Shown: positions 8,638-19,969, numbered from the stretch's first letter. The stretch is DNA of 64,000 bases from an uncultured Dehalococcoidia bacterium (GCA_964573055.1 CAZNIG010000018.1:23538-87537); one strand, 5' to 3'. Numbers and translations are program-made. Notes: generated from the sequence alone by a model not told the origin.

Positions 8638-10473
8638 CTAGGTATCTCCGATACTGTCCAAACTTGGCGTCTGTACATTGAGAAGATCCTCTAGAGCCTT
8701 ACCTTCAACAGTTTCATTAACAACTAGATAATCAGCTATTTCTTTCAATTTATCTTTGTACCTTGTGAGCAAGTCAGTCGCGGTGGCATAACCAGACAGT
8801 ATCAATGCACGAACCTCATCATCTATTTCTTCAGCCACCTTATCGCTATAATCTCTCTGCTCAGATATCTCCCTGCCAAGAAACACCATTTCCTCTTTTT
8901 TACCAAAAGTTCGTGGGCCGAGCTTTTGGCTCATACCATAACGCGTGACCATATGCCTGGCGACATTTGTAGCATGTTCCAAGTCATTACTTGCACCTGT
9001 TGTTATCTCCTGAAAGGTTTGTTCTTCGGCCACTCTGCCCCCTAGAGCAGTCGCTATCATATCCTCAAATTGGCCCTTTGTATTAAGATAACGATCTTCA
9101 GTTGGCAGAAGCCGCGTATACCCTCCCATGGAACCTCTAGCGATGATAGAGATTTTGTGGACTGGATCAGCATTTGGCAGCAAGGAAGCTACCAAAGCAT
9201 GCCCAGCCTCATGATACGCAGTGACATATTTTTCTTTCTCGCCAATGACCCGACTCTTACGCTCTGGGCCAGCTATCACTCGATCCTGCGCCTCAGACAA
9301 CTCATCTTGACCGATATCTTGTCGTCCTCGCCGAGCAGATAGTATGGCTGCTTCGTTTATAAGATTTGCCAAATCTGCCCCGCTGAATCCAGGTGTTTGT
9401 TGAGCGGTTGTGGCGAGATCAACATCTTCAGCTACAGGTTTCCCTTTAGCATGTACAGAAAGTATGGCATGCCTACCATTAATATCTGGAGGATCTAAGA
9501 CTACCCGTCTATCGAATCTACCCGGCCTTAATAGAGCTGGATCAAGTATATCTGGCCTGTTGGTCGCGGCAATAACGATCACATTCACACCAGTATCAAA
9601 TCCATCCATTTCAACCAGAATCTGATTCAGTGTCTGTTCACGCTCGTCGTGACCACCCCCTAAGCCAGCCCCGCGATGCCTGCCAACCGCGTCTATCTCA
9701 TCCACGAATATTATGCATGGTGAATTACGCTTCGCCTGATCGAAAAGATCTCTAACTCGAGAGGCGCCCACACCTACAAACATCTCAACAAACTCACTAC
9801 CGCTGATGGAGAAGAAGGGCACACCAGCTTCACCCGCAACAGCTCGGCCCAGAAGGGTCTTCCCAGTGCCAGGAGGCCCAACCAAGAGGACTCCTTTTGG
9901 TATCTTGGCTCCTAATGACACAAACCGCTCAGGGAATCTAAGGAATTCCACTACTTCGTAAAGCTCTTGCTTCGCTTCTTCCACCCCAGCCACGTCTGAA
10001 AATGTTACGCTAGGCATATTCCCAACGAACATACGAGCCTTACTACGACCGAAACTCAATGTCTGGTTGCTGCTGCCTTGAGCCTGCCGCATCATAAACA
10101 ATATTATTCCGCCGAAGAAGATCAGAGGCAAAAAGTTGATTAATATTGCATAGATGTTGCCAAGTCCACTGGAGCCTGCAACTTCTATGGTAACGCCAGT
10201 GACGTCGGCCCCAGACCCCTCGAGAATTTCTAGTATGCTAGAATCCGACTCTTTGCGGGAGTGATATACGTTCCCTCCAGTGTCATATATCCTAAGATCA
10301 TCTTCATTGACCTCGATCTTGCTTATAATCTTACTACGGGCTGACTCTATAACCCAGCTTATTGGTCTTTCCCTATCAGAGTCCCTAGATTGAAAGAGGG
10401 TAAAGAAAATAGCCAAGACCGAGATAGTAATAAGAATATATACGAAACTACTCCTCATCCAGCGGCCATTCAT
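8638..10473 (-). CDS. ftsH: ATP-dependent zinc metalloprotease FtsH
   Basis: 611 aa with two N-terminal TM segments, Walker A 'GPPGTGKT', Walker B 'IIFVDEIDA', SRH '[19 protein letters not shown]' and zinc site 'HEAGHA'. Confidence 0.95.
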   Translation of the reverse strand: MNGRWMRSSFVYILITISVLAIFFTLFQSRDSDRERPISWVIESARSKIISKIEVNEDDLRIYDTGGNVYHSRKESDSSILEILEGSGADVTGVTIEVAGSSGLGNIYAILINFLPLIFFGGIILFMMRQAQGSSNQTLSFGRSKARMFVGNMPSVTFSDVAGVEEAKQELYEVVEFLRFPERFVSLGAKIPKGVLLVGPPGTGKTLLGRAVAGEAGVPFFSISGSEFVEMFVGVGASRVRDLFDQAKRNSPCIIFVDEIDAVGRHRGAGLGGGHDEREQTLNQILVEMDGFDTGVNVIVIAATNRPDILDPALLRPGRFDRRVVLDPPDINGRHAILSVHAKGKPVAEDVDLATTAQQTPGFSGADLANLINEAAILSARRGRQDIGQDELSEAQDRVIAGPERKSRVIGEKEKYVTAYHEAGHALVASLLPNADPVHKISIIARGSMGGYTRLLPTEDRYLNTKGQFEDMIATALGGRVAEEQTFQEITTGASNDLEHATNVARHMVTRYGMSQKLGPRTFGKKEEMVFLGREISEQRDYSDKVAEEIDDEVRALILSGYATATDLLTRYKDKLKEIADYLVVNETVEGKALEDLLNVQTPSLDSIGDT

Positions 10474-10624
10474 TTCAAAGATTCAACTCCATGTTACTGC
10501 AGCGTTACGGCAGCTAATGTTACCTCAAAGACCCACCAAAAGCAAAACTATCATCACTATATACCTCATTACATCGTTCCATTATAGTGATACAAAATGG
10601 CAGGGAAAGTAAATCTAAGGCACC

Positions 10625-13069
10625 CTAACTGGTTTCTCCTATCATAAGCGAAGAATACCGCTCAATTTCCGTGAGCAGATCCATGTTTATAACCGTATTT
10701 GTACCGTCATCACTACCTATCAGTTTAGCTGCTTGTTTTCTCGCCGCTGATAATAGGTCTTGATCAGACAACTTTGCCATTCTAAGATCTGGCAGCCCAC
10801 TTTGACGAACGCCAAAAAAGTCTCCAGGACCACGAAATTTCAGATCAGCCTCAGCAACGGCAAACCCGTCGTTAAGATTTTCCAAAACTTGAAGGCGTTC
10901 CTTAGATTCCACAGAGGGGTTATCGTACATGAGGAAGCAGTAACTAGAGTGTTGCCCCCGACCGACTCTCCCTCGTAGCTGGTGAAGCTGAGCGAGCCCA
11001 AAGCGCTCCGCACCTTCAATCAAGATAACGGTCGCATTAGGATTATCTATTCCCACCTCTATGACTGCAGTAGACACTAGTATATCTACTTCACGCTTGT
11101 AGAAACTCTCCATCACATCTTCTTTTTCCTTAGAGGCCATGCGGCCGTGAAGAAGCTTCAATCGCAGATCAGGAAATATTTCGGTTGATAGTGTCTCGAA
11201 TTCCTGAATCGCAGATCTGCTCTGCAAAACGTCAGATTCCCATATAAGTGGACAAATAACGAAGACCTGGCGACCTTGTTCTATCTGTCGCCTTACAAAC
11301 GCATAAGTGTTCCCGCGGTATTGAGGCTCAACGCGACTTGTCGTAACAATCTGTCGCCCAGGCGGAAGTTCGTCAAGAATTGAAATATCAAGATCACCAT
11401 AAAGGGTCAGCGCTAAAGAACGTGGTATCGGTGTAGCTGACATTACCAGCAAATGAGGCGTGCCACCCTTTTCTCGAAGGGAAGCCCGCTGCATAACACC
11501 AAACCGGTGCTGTTCGTCCACTACAGCGAAGCCTAGATTAGGAATTTCCACTCGTTGCTGTGCCAAAGCATGGGTTCCGACAATCAAGTCGAGATCGCGA
11601 TTAATAAGCATTTCTTGAATACCCTTCTTCTGTCTTTGGGTCTGACTACCAATCAGCAAGCCCACAAAGACAGGACGATGACGGTCATCTATGCTAAATT
11701 TAAAGCACGTCCCGCCACTACTAGGAACTGTTACGCCTCCTAATATCTCAGATATATTATTGAAATGCTGTTGCGCAAGAATCTCAGTAGGGGCCATGAA
11801 GGCCCCTTGATAACCATTGCCAATTGCAGATAGAAGTGCTGCCAAAGCCACGACCGTCTTGCCACTACCAACCTCGCCTTGGAGCAACCTCGTCATTGGC
11901 CTTTCTTTGCCCATATCCTGAAGTATCTCTTCTACGCATCTCTTTTGTGCTCCTGTTAATGAGTAAGCTAACCTCTCCAGCATAGAATTAACCATATCCC
12001 AATTCGGACTCATAGAAGCAGCCGACCCAGACTGACGCCAGTCCTTCCTTCGCGACATTACATACAACTGCATCATTAACAACTCGTCAAACGCAAGTCG
12101 ACGACGAGCCTCTTCTTTCTGATGTAAATCAGTCGGGTAATGGGATTGCGATATCGCTTTATCAAGTGGATAAAGACCCACGTCATCTGTCAGAGACTTC
12201 GGATAGGGATCTACAATTTTTGCAATCAATCCGTCAAGCGTCTTTTTAATTAGGCCGCGCAAGCTTCTGTGGTGAAGTCCGTCTGTAAGCGGATACACAG
12301 GCACAAGCCTCCCGGTATGTATTAAACTCTCCTGCCCTTCAATAATTTCGTACTCAGGCGATTCGAGCACTTTGGAACCCTTGAATACGCCTACCCTCCC
12401 ACTTAGAACTAGCCTTATCCCAGCCTGGAATGTTCTTGCAAGGTATGGTTGGTTAAACCACACAACTCTTATATTCCCTGTTTCATCCCCAACAATCGCT
12501 TCAGTAGATTTCCGTCGTTTGCCCAACTGCTCCTCTCGCGCTTCCCATACCGTAACCATTACCGTTTGTTCGGTCCCAATGATCAAGTCTGATATCTTAC
12601 AAACATTACCGAAATCATTATGGTATCTAGGAAATAGGTAAATCAGATCCCTTACCGTTCTGACTCCTAATCGCTTAAGCTTTTCCGCCATCAATTTACT
12701 GATTCTGGGCAGGGAAGTAACTGGAGCATCAAACTGGATATCCTCATAACCTCGTTTGACAGCTACTCGCCTCTTGCGACCTTCGGCAGTCAATCCGTAC
12801 TCTTTGGAAGAATTCAATACACTTACCGGATGTGCTACTCTGGACTGGCTTATTGATAAAATTACTTCATCAATCCACTTCTCTCTCGTAGCAACAGACA
12901 TCCCAGTGTAACTGCCGCCTGGAAGATTGTATTGCACATCTAATGAACCTGACTCAGGCTTAGAGTCCATGAATTTATCCAATCCACCTACCACCGAGGT
13001 GTCATTACAACCTTTTTCGCGCTCAAGAATAAGGATTTTAAGTAAAATAGCTAGCCAGTTTGTCTGCAT
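10625..13069 (-). CDS. recG: ATP-dependent DNA helicase RecG
   Basis: 814 aa with a wedge/OB N-terminal region, helicase motif I 'GEVGSGKT', motif II 'VVDEQHRFG', and 'QLRGRVGRG'. Confidence 0.9.
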   Translation of the reverse strand: MQTNWLAILLKILILEREKGCNDTSVVGGLDKFMDSKPESGSLDVQYNLPGGSYTGMSVATREKWIDEVILSISQSRVAHPVSVLNSSKEYGLTAEGRKRRVAVKRGYEDIQFDAPVTSLPRISKLMAEKLKRLGVRTVRDLIYLFPRYHNDFGNVCKISDLIIGTEQTVMVTVWEAREEQLGKRRKSTEAIVGDETGNIRVVWFNQPYLARTFQAGIRLVLSGRVGVFKGSKVLESPEYEIIEGQESLIHTGRLVPVYPLTDGLHHRSLRGLIKKTLDGLIAKIVDPYPKSLTDDVGLYPLDKAISQSHYPTDLHQKEEARRRLAFDELLMMQLYVMSRRKDWRQSGSAASMSPNWDMVNSMLERLAYSLTGAQKRCVEEILQDMGKERPMTRLLQGEVGSGKTVVALAALLSAIGNGYQGAFMAPTEILAQQHFNNISEILGGVTVPSSGGTCFKFSIDDRHRPVFVGLLIGSQTQRQKKGIQEMLINRDLDLIVGTHALAQQRVEIPNLGFAVVDEQHRFGVMQRASLREKGGTPHLLVMSATPIPRSLALTLYGDLDISILDELPPGRQIVTTSRVEPQYRGNTYAFVRRQIEQGRQVFVICPLIWESDVLQSRSAIQEFETLSTEIFPDLRLKLLHGRMASKEKEDVMESFYKREVDILVSTAVIEVGIDNPNATVILIEGAERFGLAQLHQLRGRVGRGQHSSYCFLMYDNPSVESKERLQVLENLNDGFAVAEADLKFRGPGDFFGVRQSGLPDLRMAKLSDQDLLSAARKQAAKLIGSDDGTNTVINMDLLTEIERYSSLMIGETS

Positions 13070-13401
13070 AACACGACGAACATCCTTTATTTTACTAGCT
13101 CAAGATTTCTTTTTGTAAGTAAAAACTATTAATCAAATCGGTTACGTAACCCTGAAGCCTTTCGTAGTGGACTATGATCAATTTGTTACTACAAAACAAT
13201 CCACAACACCGCTAGACCATCGCGTCAAACGGTTACTTGATTTACAATACGCCTACTATTTTTGTATTAGCGGCACAATTTTTCGTTTACCCAAAATACG
13301 CTGCAGAACCACACCCTAAAGAGTATCAAGTACCAACTGATCTTCGTGTTTCTAGCTACTTGACGTTATTCTCTCATGTCTACCTTTACAAGAGGTATAG
13401 G

Positions 13402-15054
13402 TTATTCTATCGACACAATATAATTATAATGTGGCTGCCCTCCATATAGCACTTCCACTTCAATTTCCGGAAATATCCCTGCGATCTCCGCAGACTCTAA
13501 TTCGGCTTGCTCCTCTCGAATGTCAGAACCCCAATATATGGTCAATAGAGACCCTTTCTCAGGCGATACATGAGTTATTAAATCGCGTAATACTAATCCA
13601 GCATCCTGACCAGCCAGCACAAGCTGCCCTTCAAGAATACCAATAAATTGGCCTTCATTAACTCTAACGCCTCCAAGTTCTACTCCACGAACAGCTATCG
13701 TTACTGCTCCAGATTCCACACTCCCAAGGGACAGATTCATAGCTTCTAGGTTACCTGAGCAATCTATTTCCTGGTTAAAAGCAAGAATTGCCGCAAAACC
13801 TTGAGGGACACTCCTAGTTGGTACAACATAACAATCTTTTGTGGCAATCAGACAGGCCTGCTCGGCTGCTGCAATGATGTTGGAATTATTAGGCAATACG
13901 ATAACCGATTCAGCCGATATGGACTCGATAGAAGCACAAATCTCCTCTACACTAGGATTCATGGTGTCCCCTCCGGGTAACACCGCTGAAGCCCCAGATT
14001 CCAAGAAGATATCCGATAGACCGGATCCCGATGATACCGCTAGCACTCCTACTGCTCTTTCTTTCTGGTCACCTCTCCTAGCGGATACAAATTCTTTGTG
14101 TTGTTCATCCATACTAGAAATGTTGATCTGCGACAAACTGCCAAGCGAAACAGCGTAAGTTAGAATGGATCCCGGATCTTCAGAATGAACGTGTACATTC
14201 AGCAGTTCAGCATCTCCTATGACGACAGTGGATTTCCCGTAGTTTTGTATCTCAAGGCGAACCAATTCGATGTTTAAATCCTTTCCTTCTATTAAAAATT
14301 GAGTGCAGTAACCATAAGCATCGTGCTCGGTTGCATCAATAAAAGTAGCTTTAACAGTAGAATAAGCTGAGGGGCCTATCCCAGATCGCCCTTCCATAAC
14401 ACTAATACCTTCGGCATTTTCTCCAATAAGACTCTGCCTAGCGCCTTCCAATAGCAAAAGGAACCCAAGTCCTCCGGCATCAACTACTCCAGCTTCTGCA
14501 AGTACAGGGAGAAGCGCTGGTGTTCGATCTACAGACTGTCCTGCAACCTCAGTGATGGACTCCCAAAGGTCGACTATGTTCTTGGTTGTACTTGATTTCT
14601 CATCAGCAATTTCCGAAATCTCTCTGATGACTGTGAGCATAGTCCCCTCAACTGGATTACCCACAGCAGTATAAGCCGCAGTTGAACCATGCCTAAATCC
14701 GCGGACTAAATCCTCACAGTCATAGACTAGTTTATTACCGAGCCCTTTCGCAAACCCCTGAAAAAACTGGGCTAGTATTACTCCACTATTTCCCCTAGCA
14801 CCCATTAGTACATTTCGAGCTACCCCTCTGATTAAGTCAGAATCCATGTTTTCATCCGACTTATTACTTGGAATGTCTAGTGCTTTCATCGTTAGAAGCA
14901 TGTTCGTACCTGTATCTCCATCTGGAACAGGGAACACGTTCAAAGCGTTTACCGCATCGACATTAGCCTCGAGAAGTTTACGCCCGTTTATGAGAATCGC
15001 TAATATGTCGTGATTCTCTATTATGTAGAGTGGATTTTCACTGGGTCTAAACAT
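13402..15054 (-). CDS. yloV: DAK2 domain fusion protein YloV
   Basis: 550 aa. The N-terminus is DhaL/DAK2-like ('VFPVPDGDTGTNM', 'GARGNSGVILAQ') and the C-terminus is a DegV-like domain. The yloV-recG arrangement with divergent rpmB is conserved in other genomes. Confidence 0.8.
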   Translation of the reverse strand: MFRPSENPLYIIENHDILAILINGRKLLEANVDAVNALNVFPVPDGDTGTNMLLTMKALDIPSNKSDENMDSDLIRGVARNVLMGARGNSGVILAQFFQGFAKGLGNKLVYDCEDLVRGFRHGSTAAYTAVGNPVEGTMLTVIREISEIADEKSSTTKNIVDLWESITEVAGQSVDRTPALLPVLAEAGVVDAGGLGFLLLLEGARQSLIGENAEGISVMEGRSGIGPSAYSTVKATFIDATEHDAYGYCTQFLIEGKDLNIELVRLEIQNYGKSTVVIGDAELLNVHVHSEDPGSILTYAVSLGSLSQINISSMDEQHKEFVSARRGDQKERAVGVLAVSSGSGLSDIFLESGASAVLPGGDTMNPSVEEICASIESISAESVIVLPNNSNIIAAAEQACLIATKDCYVVPTRSVPQGFAAILAFNQEIDCSGNLEAMNLSLGSVESGAVTIAVRGVELGGVRVNEGQFIGILEGQLVLAGQDAGLVLRDLITHVSPEKGSLLTIYWGSDIREEQAELESAEIAGIFPEIEVEVLYGGQPHYNYIVSIE

Positions 15055-15233
15055 ATCTTTTAGGGTCGAGCGGAGCAGGTTGATCTAGAATGGATATTGC
15101 CAAACCTTAGCTAATCTGGTAGTCTAGGCGCCTAGATTTTACTTTAACTTGGTAGATGCGTCAAAAGATAACTCATGGGATCAGAACCCTAAGCTAAGAC
15201 GAATCCCAAGGCTAAAAACTCTAAGGGGAACAA

Positions 15234-15422
15234 ATGGCTAAGTGCGAGTTGTGCGGGAAAGTAGGACATGCTGGTAACAACGTAAGTCACTCCAAGAGGA
15301 GAACCAAGACTAGGTTCATGCCAAACATCCAACATGCCACACTTACGTTAAGTGGTAAAGTTAAGAGATTAGGTCTCTGCACACGCTGCCTCAGGACACA
15401 CCACAAAGTCACAGCTCGGTAA
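15234..15422 (+). CDS. rpmB: 50S ribosomal protein L28
   Basis: 62 aa, 'MAKCELCGK...GNNVSHSKRRTKTRFMPNIQ'. Confidence 0.85.
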   Translation: MAKCELCGKVGHAGNNVSHSKRRTKTRFMPNIQHATLTLSGKVKRLGLCTRCLRTHHKVTAR

Positions 15423-15457
15423 ATTCCTTCTAGCTGGTCTTTAGCCCGGCCTAGGCG

Positions 15458-16162
15458 TCATACTCTGTCGATGCTTTCGCGTAAGTCACGCACAGCAGCA
15501 AATACACCACCGTCATGGTCGAACACTGCAGATCCAGCCACAAGCATTTTAGCTCCGGAACCTACAACCAAAGATGCGGTACTAGAGTTAATACCACCAT
15601 CCACCTCTAGCATAGCTCCACCGCCTACTCGATCAATGACCGCTCGAACCCGAGCAATCTTATGCTCTATTCCGGGTACGAACTTCTGCCCTGGGAAACC
15701 AGGATTCACAGTCATAACCAAGACGACATCAAGCAAGTGCAAAACTTCTTCAATAGCAGAAACAGGAGTGCCAGGATTAATTGCAACGCCAGCAGATGCT
15801 CCTCGCTCCTTTATCTGGGCGACTATCCTGTGTAGGTGTACGGCTGACTCTTGGTGGACAGTGATAATATCGGCACCAGCTCGGACGAATGAATCGATGT
15901 GGTTTTCTGGTTCCTCCACCATCATATGCACATCGATTGGTAGATTGGTCCATTTCTTTATTGCTTCCACAGTACCTGGACCCCAAGTCAAAGCTGGAAC
16001 AAAGTGTCCATCCATTATATCCACATGTACGTAATCAATCCCTGCTTTGGAAGCTTCTGAAACCTGCTCACCTAGACTGGCGTAATCAGCGGAGAGGATT
16101 GAGGCTGCCAATTTTATGCTTTGGCTATTCGACACTATTAGACTCCATAAGATTCCAGGCAT
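15458..16162 (-). CDS. rpe: ribulose-phosphate 3-epimerase
   Basis: 'SILSADYASLGE', 'HVDIMDGHFVP' and 'MTVNPGFPGQKF' motifs. The start is uncertain: ATG 16162 overlaps argH by 38 nt, with alternatives GTG 16135 and TTG 16111. Confidence 0.85.
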   Translation of the reverse strand: MPGILWSLIVSNSQSIKLAASILSADYASLGEQVSEASKAGIDYVHVDIMDGHFVPALTWGPGTVEAIKKWTNLPIDVHMMVEEPENHIDSFVRAGADIITVHQESAVHLHRIVAQIKERGASAGVAINPGTPVSAIEEVLHLLDVVLVMTVNPGFPGQKFVPGIEHKIARVRAVIDRVGGGAMLEVDGGINSSTASLVVGSGAKMLVAGSAVFDHDGGVFAAVRDLRESIDRV

Positions 16163-17477
16163 TTCTTAGTGCGATATCTACCGACCCTGGACTAGTCCCT
16201 CCAAAAACATCCCGGCTGGATATAGAACTACGAAGGTCAACCTCATAAACGTCCTCTTCGAATACCTCGGAATAGTTACGGTACTCATTAAGATCTAGTT
16301 GTCCTAGTCTTTTTCCAACTTGATCTGCATACTTAGTTAAAGAAGCGACTATTCCATGAGCGTTTCTAAAAGACTCGCCACGCATAACCAAATAGTCTGC
16401 TAGGTCAGTAGCCAAAACATAACTGTTTTCTGCCGCCTGCCTCGTAGCTTCTTCGTTTATTTTCATAGTACTTACCATCCCAGAAAACACATCAAGAGAG
16501 GTGGTCAGAGTATCTACAGTATCAAATAAGCCTTCCTTATCTTCTTGAAGGTCTCTGTTATAAGTCAGAGGTAACCCCTTTAACACAGTCAGAATGCCCA
16601 TCAAATTCCCATAGATTCTTCCAGTTTTACCTCGACCAAGTTCTGCGAAATCCGGGTTACGCTTTTGAGGCATAATACTGCTTCCAGTGGTATAGACATC
16701 ATCTAGACGAATGAAGCCGAATTCTTGAGATGACCATAGTACCAACTCTTCCGCCATACGAGACAAATGCATCATGCAAGTAGCTGCCGCGGCTTGGCAA
16801 TCTATTATGAAATCTCGATCAGATACCGCATCCATGCTATTCTCGGATATACAACCAAACCCTAAGATTTTGGCGACAAGTTCCCTATCAATTTTGTATG
16901 GAACTCCTGCCAAAGCACCGCTACCTAACGGCAAAACATCGCACCTTGCATAACACTGCTCAAACCTGATCCTATCCCTTTGAAACATATGGAAATACGC
17001 AAGCATATGAAGAGGAAATAAAACTGGCTGGGCACGCTGAAGATGAGTGTACCCAGGTATAATGACTGTCCGATTCGCCTCTGCAGACCTAAGCAAAGCA
17101 ATTTGAAGATTCTTCACCAAGTCAATTATTTCCTGAACCGCCTCTTTGCAATATAGGCGTATGTCAGTAGCCACCTGGTCATTTCTCGATCTACCGGTGT
17201 GTAGTTTACCAGCTACTTGTCCTATCTTTTCAAACAACCTAGCCTCTATATTCATGTGAATATCTTCCAATTCGTTTTTCCATTGGAAGGTACCAAGTTC
17301 TATCTCTCGACGAATTTCTGACAACCCGTCAATGATTTTATTTGACTCGTCTGTGGTAATAACACCTTGGGCCGACAGCATAGTCACGTGCGCTATCGAA
17401 CCATCAATGTCATGACGATAAAGACGCATATCATAGTGCAGGGATACCGTATACGACGCCCTGATCTCTTCGTTCAT
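16125..17477 (-). CDS. argH: argininosuccinate lyase
   Basis: 450 aa with the fumarate-lyase signature 'GSSIMPQKRNPD', plus 'HTGRSRNDQV' and 'GYTHLQRAQP'. Confidence 0.9.
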   Translation of the reverse strand: MNEEIRASYTVSLHYDMRLYRHDIDGSIAHVTMLSAQGVITTDESNKIIDGLSEIRREIELGTFQWKNELEDIHMNIEARLFEKIGQVAGKLHTGRSRNDQVATDIRLYCKEAVQEIIDLVKNLQIALLRSAEANRTVIIPGYTHLQRAQPVLFPLHMLAYFHMFQRDRIRFEQCYARCDVLPLGSGALAGVPYKIDRELVAKILGFGCISENSMDAVSDRDFIIDCQAAAATCMMHLSRMAEELVLWSSQEFGFIRLDDVYTTGSSIMPQKRNPDFAELGRGKTGRIYGNLMGILTVLKGLPLTYNRDLQEDKEGLFDTVDTLTTSLDVFSGMVSTMKINEEATRQAAENSYVLATDLADYLVMRGESFRNAHGIVASLTKYADQVGKRLGQLDLNEYRNYSEVFEEDVYEVDLRSSISSRDVFGGTSPGSVDIALRNAWNLMESNSVE

Positions 17478-17522
17478 ATGCTATCTGCCATCCCAATCAT
17501 GCCTCACCCATGGCTGAACTAA

Positions 17523-18743
17523 TCAACTTTCTCCGTATAAGTCTGGCAAATTAAGTGGCTGCACCCGTCCTTGTGTGCGGCCAGACAGGCCAAATATATG
17601 TATAAATCCTTCTGAAGACCTATGATCGAACCGATCACCCTCATCATAAGTAGCGAGATCATGCTGGTACAGCGAGTATGGTGACATCCTACCTACCACC
17701 GTACATTTACCTTTAAATAGCTTAAGTCTAATATTGCCGGTAACATATTGCTGGGTACTTTCCACATAGGCGTCCAAATCACGACGGAAAGCAGTGTACC
17801 ACAAGCCGTTGTACACTATATCTGCATATTCCCGAGATATCCTATCCTTAAGACGCAATTGATCCCGACTCAGAGTAATGCTTTCTAGAGCCCTGTGGGC
17901 ACAATGAAGAACGGTTGCAGCAGGAGCTTCATATACCTCACGCGATTTTATACCTACCAAACGATCCTCCAAGTGATCTATCCGCCCAACAGCATGTAAC
18001 CCCGATATTTCGTTGAGCTTTTGGATTAACTTAATCCCAGATAATTCTTCACCATCTAACGCCCATGGGACCCCATTTGTAAACGCTATTTCTAAGTACT
18101 GGGCTGTACTAGGAGCTGACTCAGGCGAATTAGTCCAGCTAAATGCCGCTTCATCCGGTTCTAACCAAGGGTCCTCCAAATTACCAGCCTCGATACTGCG
18201 ACCCCACAAATTCTCATCTACAGAATACGGGTTGCGTTGACCGAAATCCAGATGGAGGCCATGATCACCAGCGTATTTTATCTCCTCATCACGTGTCATA
18301 CCCCACTCTCTAGCAGGAGCAATTATTTGTAGCTTTGGATCAAGGCCAGTGATACTAAGATCGAATCTCACTTGATCGTTCCCTTTACCAGTGCATCCAT
18401 GTGCTACCGCCGTTGCGCCCTCCCTGTGAGCCACGTCTAGCAGGTATCTTGCAATCAAAGGGCGCCCCAATGCAGTAGCCAATGGGTATTCACCCTGGTA
18501 TATCGCCCCTGCTTTCAATGCTGGAAAAACAAAGTGCTTTACGAAGTCTTCTTTCGCATCAACCACAACAGCACTAATAGCCCCAGCAGCTAGCGCCCGT
18601 TCCTCAACATCAGACCTACCTCCGCCCCCACCCAGATCGGCCGTCAGCGTGACAACCTCAGCTTGATACTGCGCTTTCAGCCATGGGATCGCCACGGAAG
18701 TGTCCAGCCCTCCACTATACGCCAATACCACTTTAATAGTCAT
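17523..18743 (-). CDS. argG: argininosuccinate synthase
   Basis: 406 aa with 'VVLAYSGGLDTS', 'AHGCTGKGNDQVRF' and 'SVDENLWGRS' motifs. Confidence 0.9.
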   Translation of the reverse strand: MTIKVVLAYSGGLDTSVAIPWLKAQYQAEVVTLTADLGGGGGRSDVEERALAAGAISAVVVDAKEDFVKHFVFPALKAGAIYQGEYPLATALGRPLIARYLLDVAHREGATAVAHGCTGKGNDQVRFDLSITGLDPKLQIIAPAREWGMTRDEEIKYAGDHGLHLDFGQRNPYSVDENLWGRSIEAGNLEDPWLEPDEAAFSWTNSPESAPSTAQYLEIAFTNGVPWALDGEELSGIKLIQKLNEISGLHAVGRIDHLEDRLVGIKSREVYEAPAATVLHCAHRALESITLSRDQLRLKDRISREYADIVYNGLWYTAFRRDLDAYVESTQQYVTGNIRLKLFKGKCTVVGRMSPYSLYQHDLATYDEGDRFDHRSSEGFIHIFGLSGRTQGRVQPLNLPDLYGES

Positions 18744-18778
18744 TTTTAGATTCCTCTTACTACTACTATATAGATTCG

Positions 18779-19969
18779 TTAGGCAAACGTCACTTTGGAC
18801 AACACATTATTAAGGCGTTCAATGGCAGAATCAATTTCTCCCTTACTAACAGTCAAAGGTGGCATTAACCTAACAGCGTTCGGTCGTAAAGGATTCAGCA
18901 ATAAGCCCTCTTCATTGCACATCGCCACTACCTGGGGTGTAACATCACTATTGAACTGCAAGGCAAGTAGCAGACCAGTTCCTCGAATTTCTGTTATGAA
19001 CTCATAACGAGAGATTAGTTTGTCTAGTCCAGCCCTAAGGTAATTGCCCATCTCAACCACATTACTAAGTACGTTATTGCTTATAACATACTCTACGGTA
19101 GCATGCGCACCAGCACACGTAAGGGCATTACCACCGAATGTTGATCCGTGATCGCCAGGTTCCAAAACACAAAATCGTTCCTTTGCCATAAAAGCTCCAA
19201 TTGGAACACCCCCGCCCAGCCCTTTTGCCAGCGTGATTGCGTCTGGTTCCACTCCGAACTGCTGGTAACCAAAAAGGGAGCCGAGCCGGCCTATCCCAGT
19301 TTGAACTTCGTCCAGTATCATCACCAAATTTTGAGAGTTGCACCATTCCCGAACCTGTCGGAGATAATCTGCGGACGGAACATTAACCCCACCCTCTCCT
19401 TGAACTGGTTCCAGCATTACAGCGCATGTTTTGTCATTCGTAACTTGTTTAATAGCGTCAATGTCATTATAGGGAACATTTACAAAGCCAGGGGAAAGAG
19501 GTTGCCATTGCTCTTGATAATGAGGTTGTCCGGTAGCAGCGGCCATTGCGAGCGTACGACCGTGAAATGAACTAAGAGCCGTGATCACCTCATAAGCCCC
19601 ATCACGATTGATCCTGCCGTATTTCCTAGCAAGCTTCACGACCCCCTCATTAGCCTCCGCACCACTATTGCTAAAGAACACCCTGTCCAGGCAACTATTT
19701 TCGACCAAAACCTGGGCCAGTTTTATCTGCGGAACTGTGAAAAACTGATTCGAGGTCTGCATTAACCCATGTATTTGTTCGTCGAGAGCTTTCACTACAG
19801 CAGGGTGACAATGCCCCAAACTGTTTACAGCCCAGCCAGACGTGAAATCAATGTATTCTTTCCCGTTTTCATCCCATACAAAGGTCCCTTCACCACGGGT
19901 AATCACTATCGGCTGTCTACGAGCTACCTGCATATAGTATTTATTCTCTAGGTTTATCCATTCACTCAT
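18779..19969 (-). CDS. argD: acetylornithine aminotransferase
   Basis: 396 aa, class-III PLP aminotransferase ('FSNSGAEANE', 'LDEVQTGIGRLG', 'LAKGLGGG'), located in the arg operon. Confidence 0.85.
   Translation of the reverse strand: MSEWINLENKYYMQVARRQPIVITRGEGTFVWDENGKEYIDFTSGWAVNSLGHCHPAVVKALDEQIHGLMQTSNQFFTVPQIKLAQVLVENSCLDRVFFSNSGAEANEGVVKLARKYGRINRDGAYEVITALSSFHGRTLAMAAATGQPHYQEQWQPLSPGFVNVPYNDIDAIKQVTNDKTCAVMLEPVQGEGGVNVPSADYLRQVREWCNSQNLVMILDEVQTGIGRLGSLFGYQQFGVEPDAITLAKGLGGGVPIGAFMAKERFCVLEPGDHGSTFGGNALTCAGAHATVEYVISNNVLSNVVEMGNYLRAGLDKLISRYEFITEIRGTGLLLALQFNSDVTPQVVAMCNEEGLLLNPLRPNAVRLMPPLTVSKGEIDSAIERLNNVLSKVTFA

Noticed and set aside
15471-16034. A 187-aa plus-strand ORF antisense to rpe. 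Similar long antisense ORFs occur elsewhere: 23001-23555 in argB, 46710-47282 in the EamA gene, 37719-38201 in the PGI/PMI gene, 55243-55590 in the MFS gene, 5770-6108 in the SCO1664 gene, 3957-4376 in rnhB and 62738-63121 in the FecCD gene.
   Set aside because: All lie fully inside strongly supported genes on the opposite strand. Their Ser/Pro/Arg/Thr-rich compositions are typical of shadow frames.
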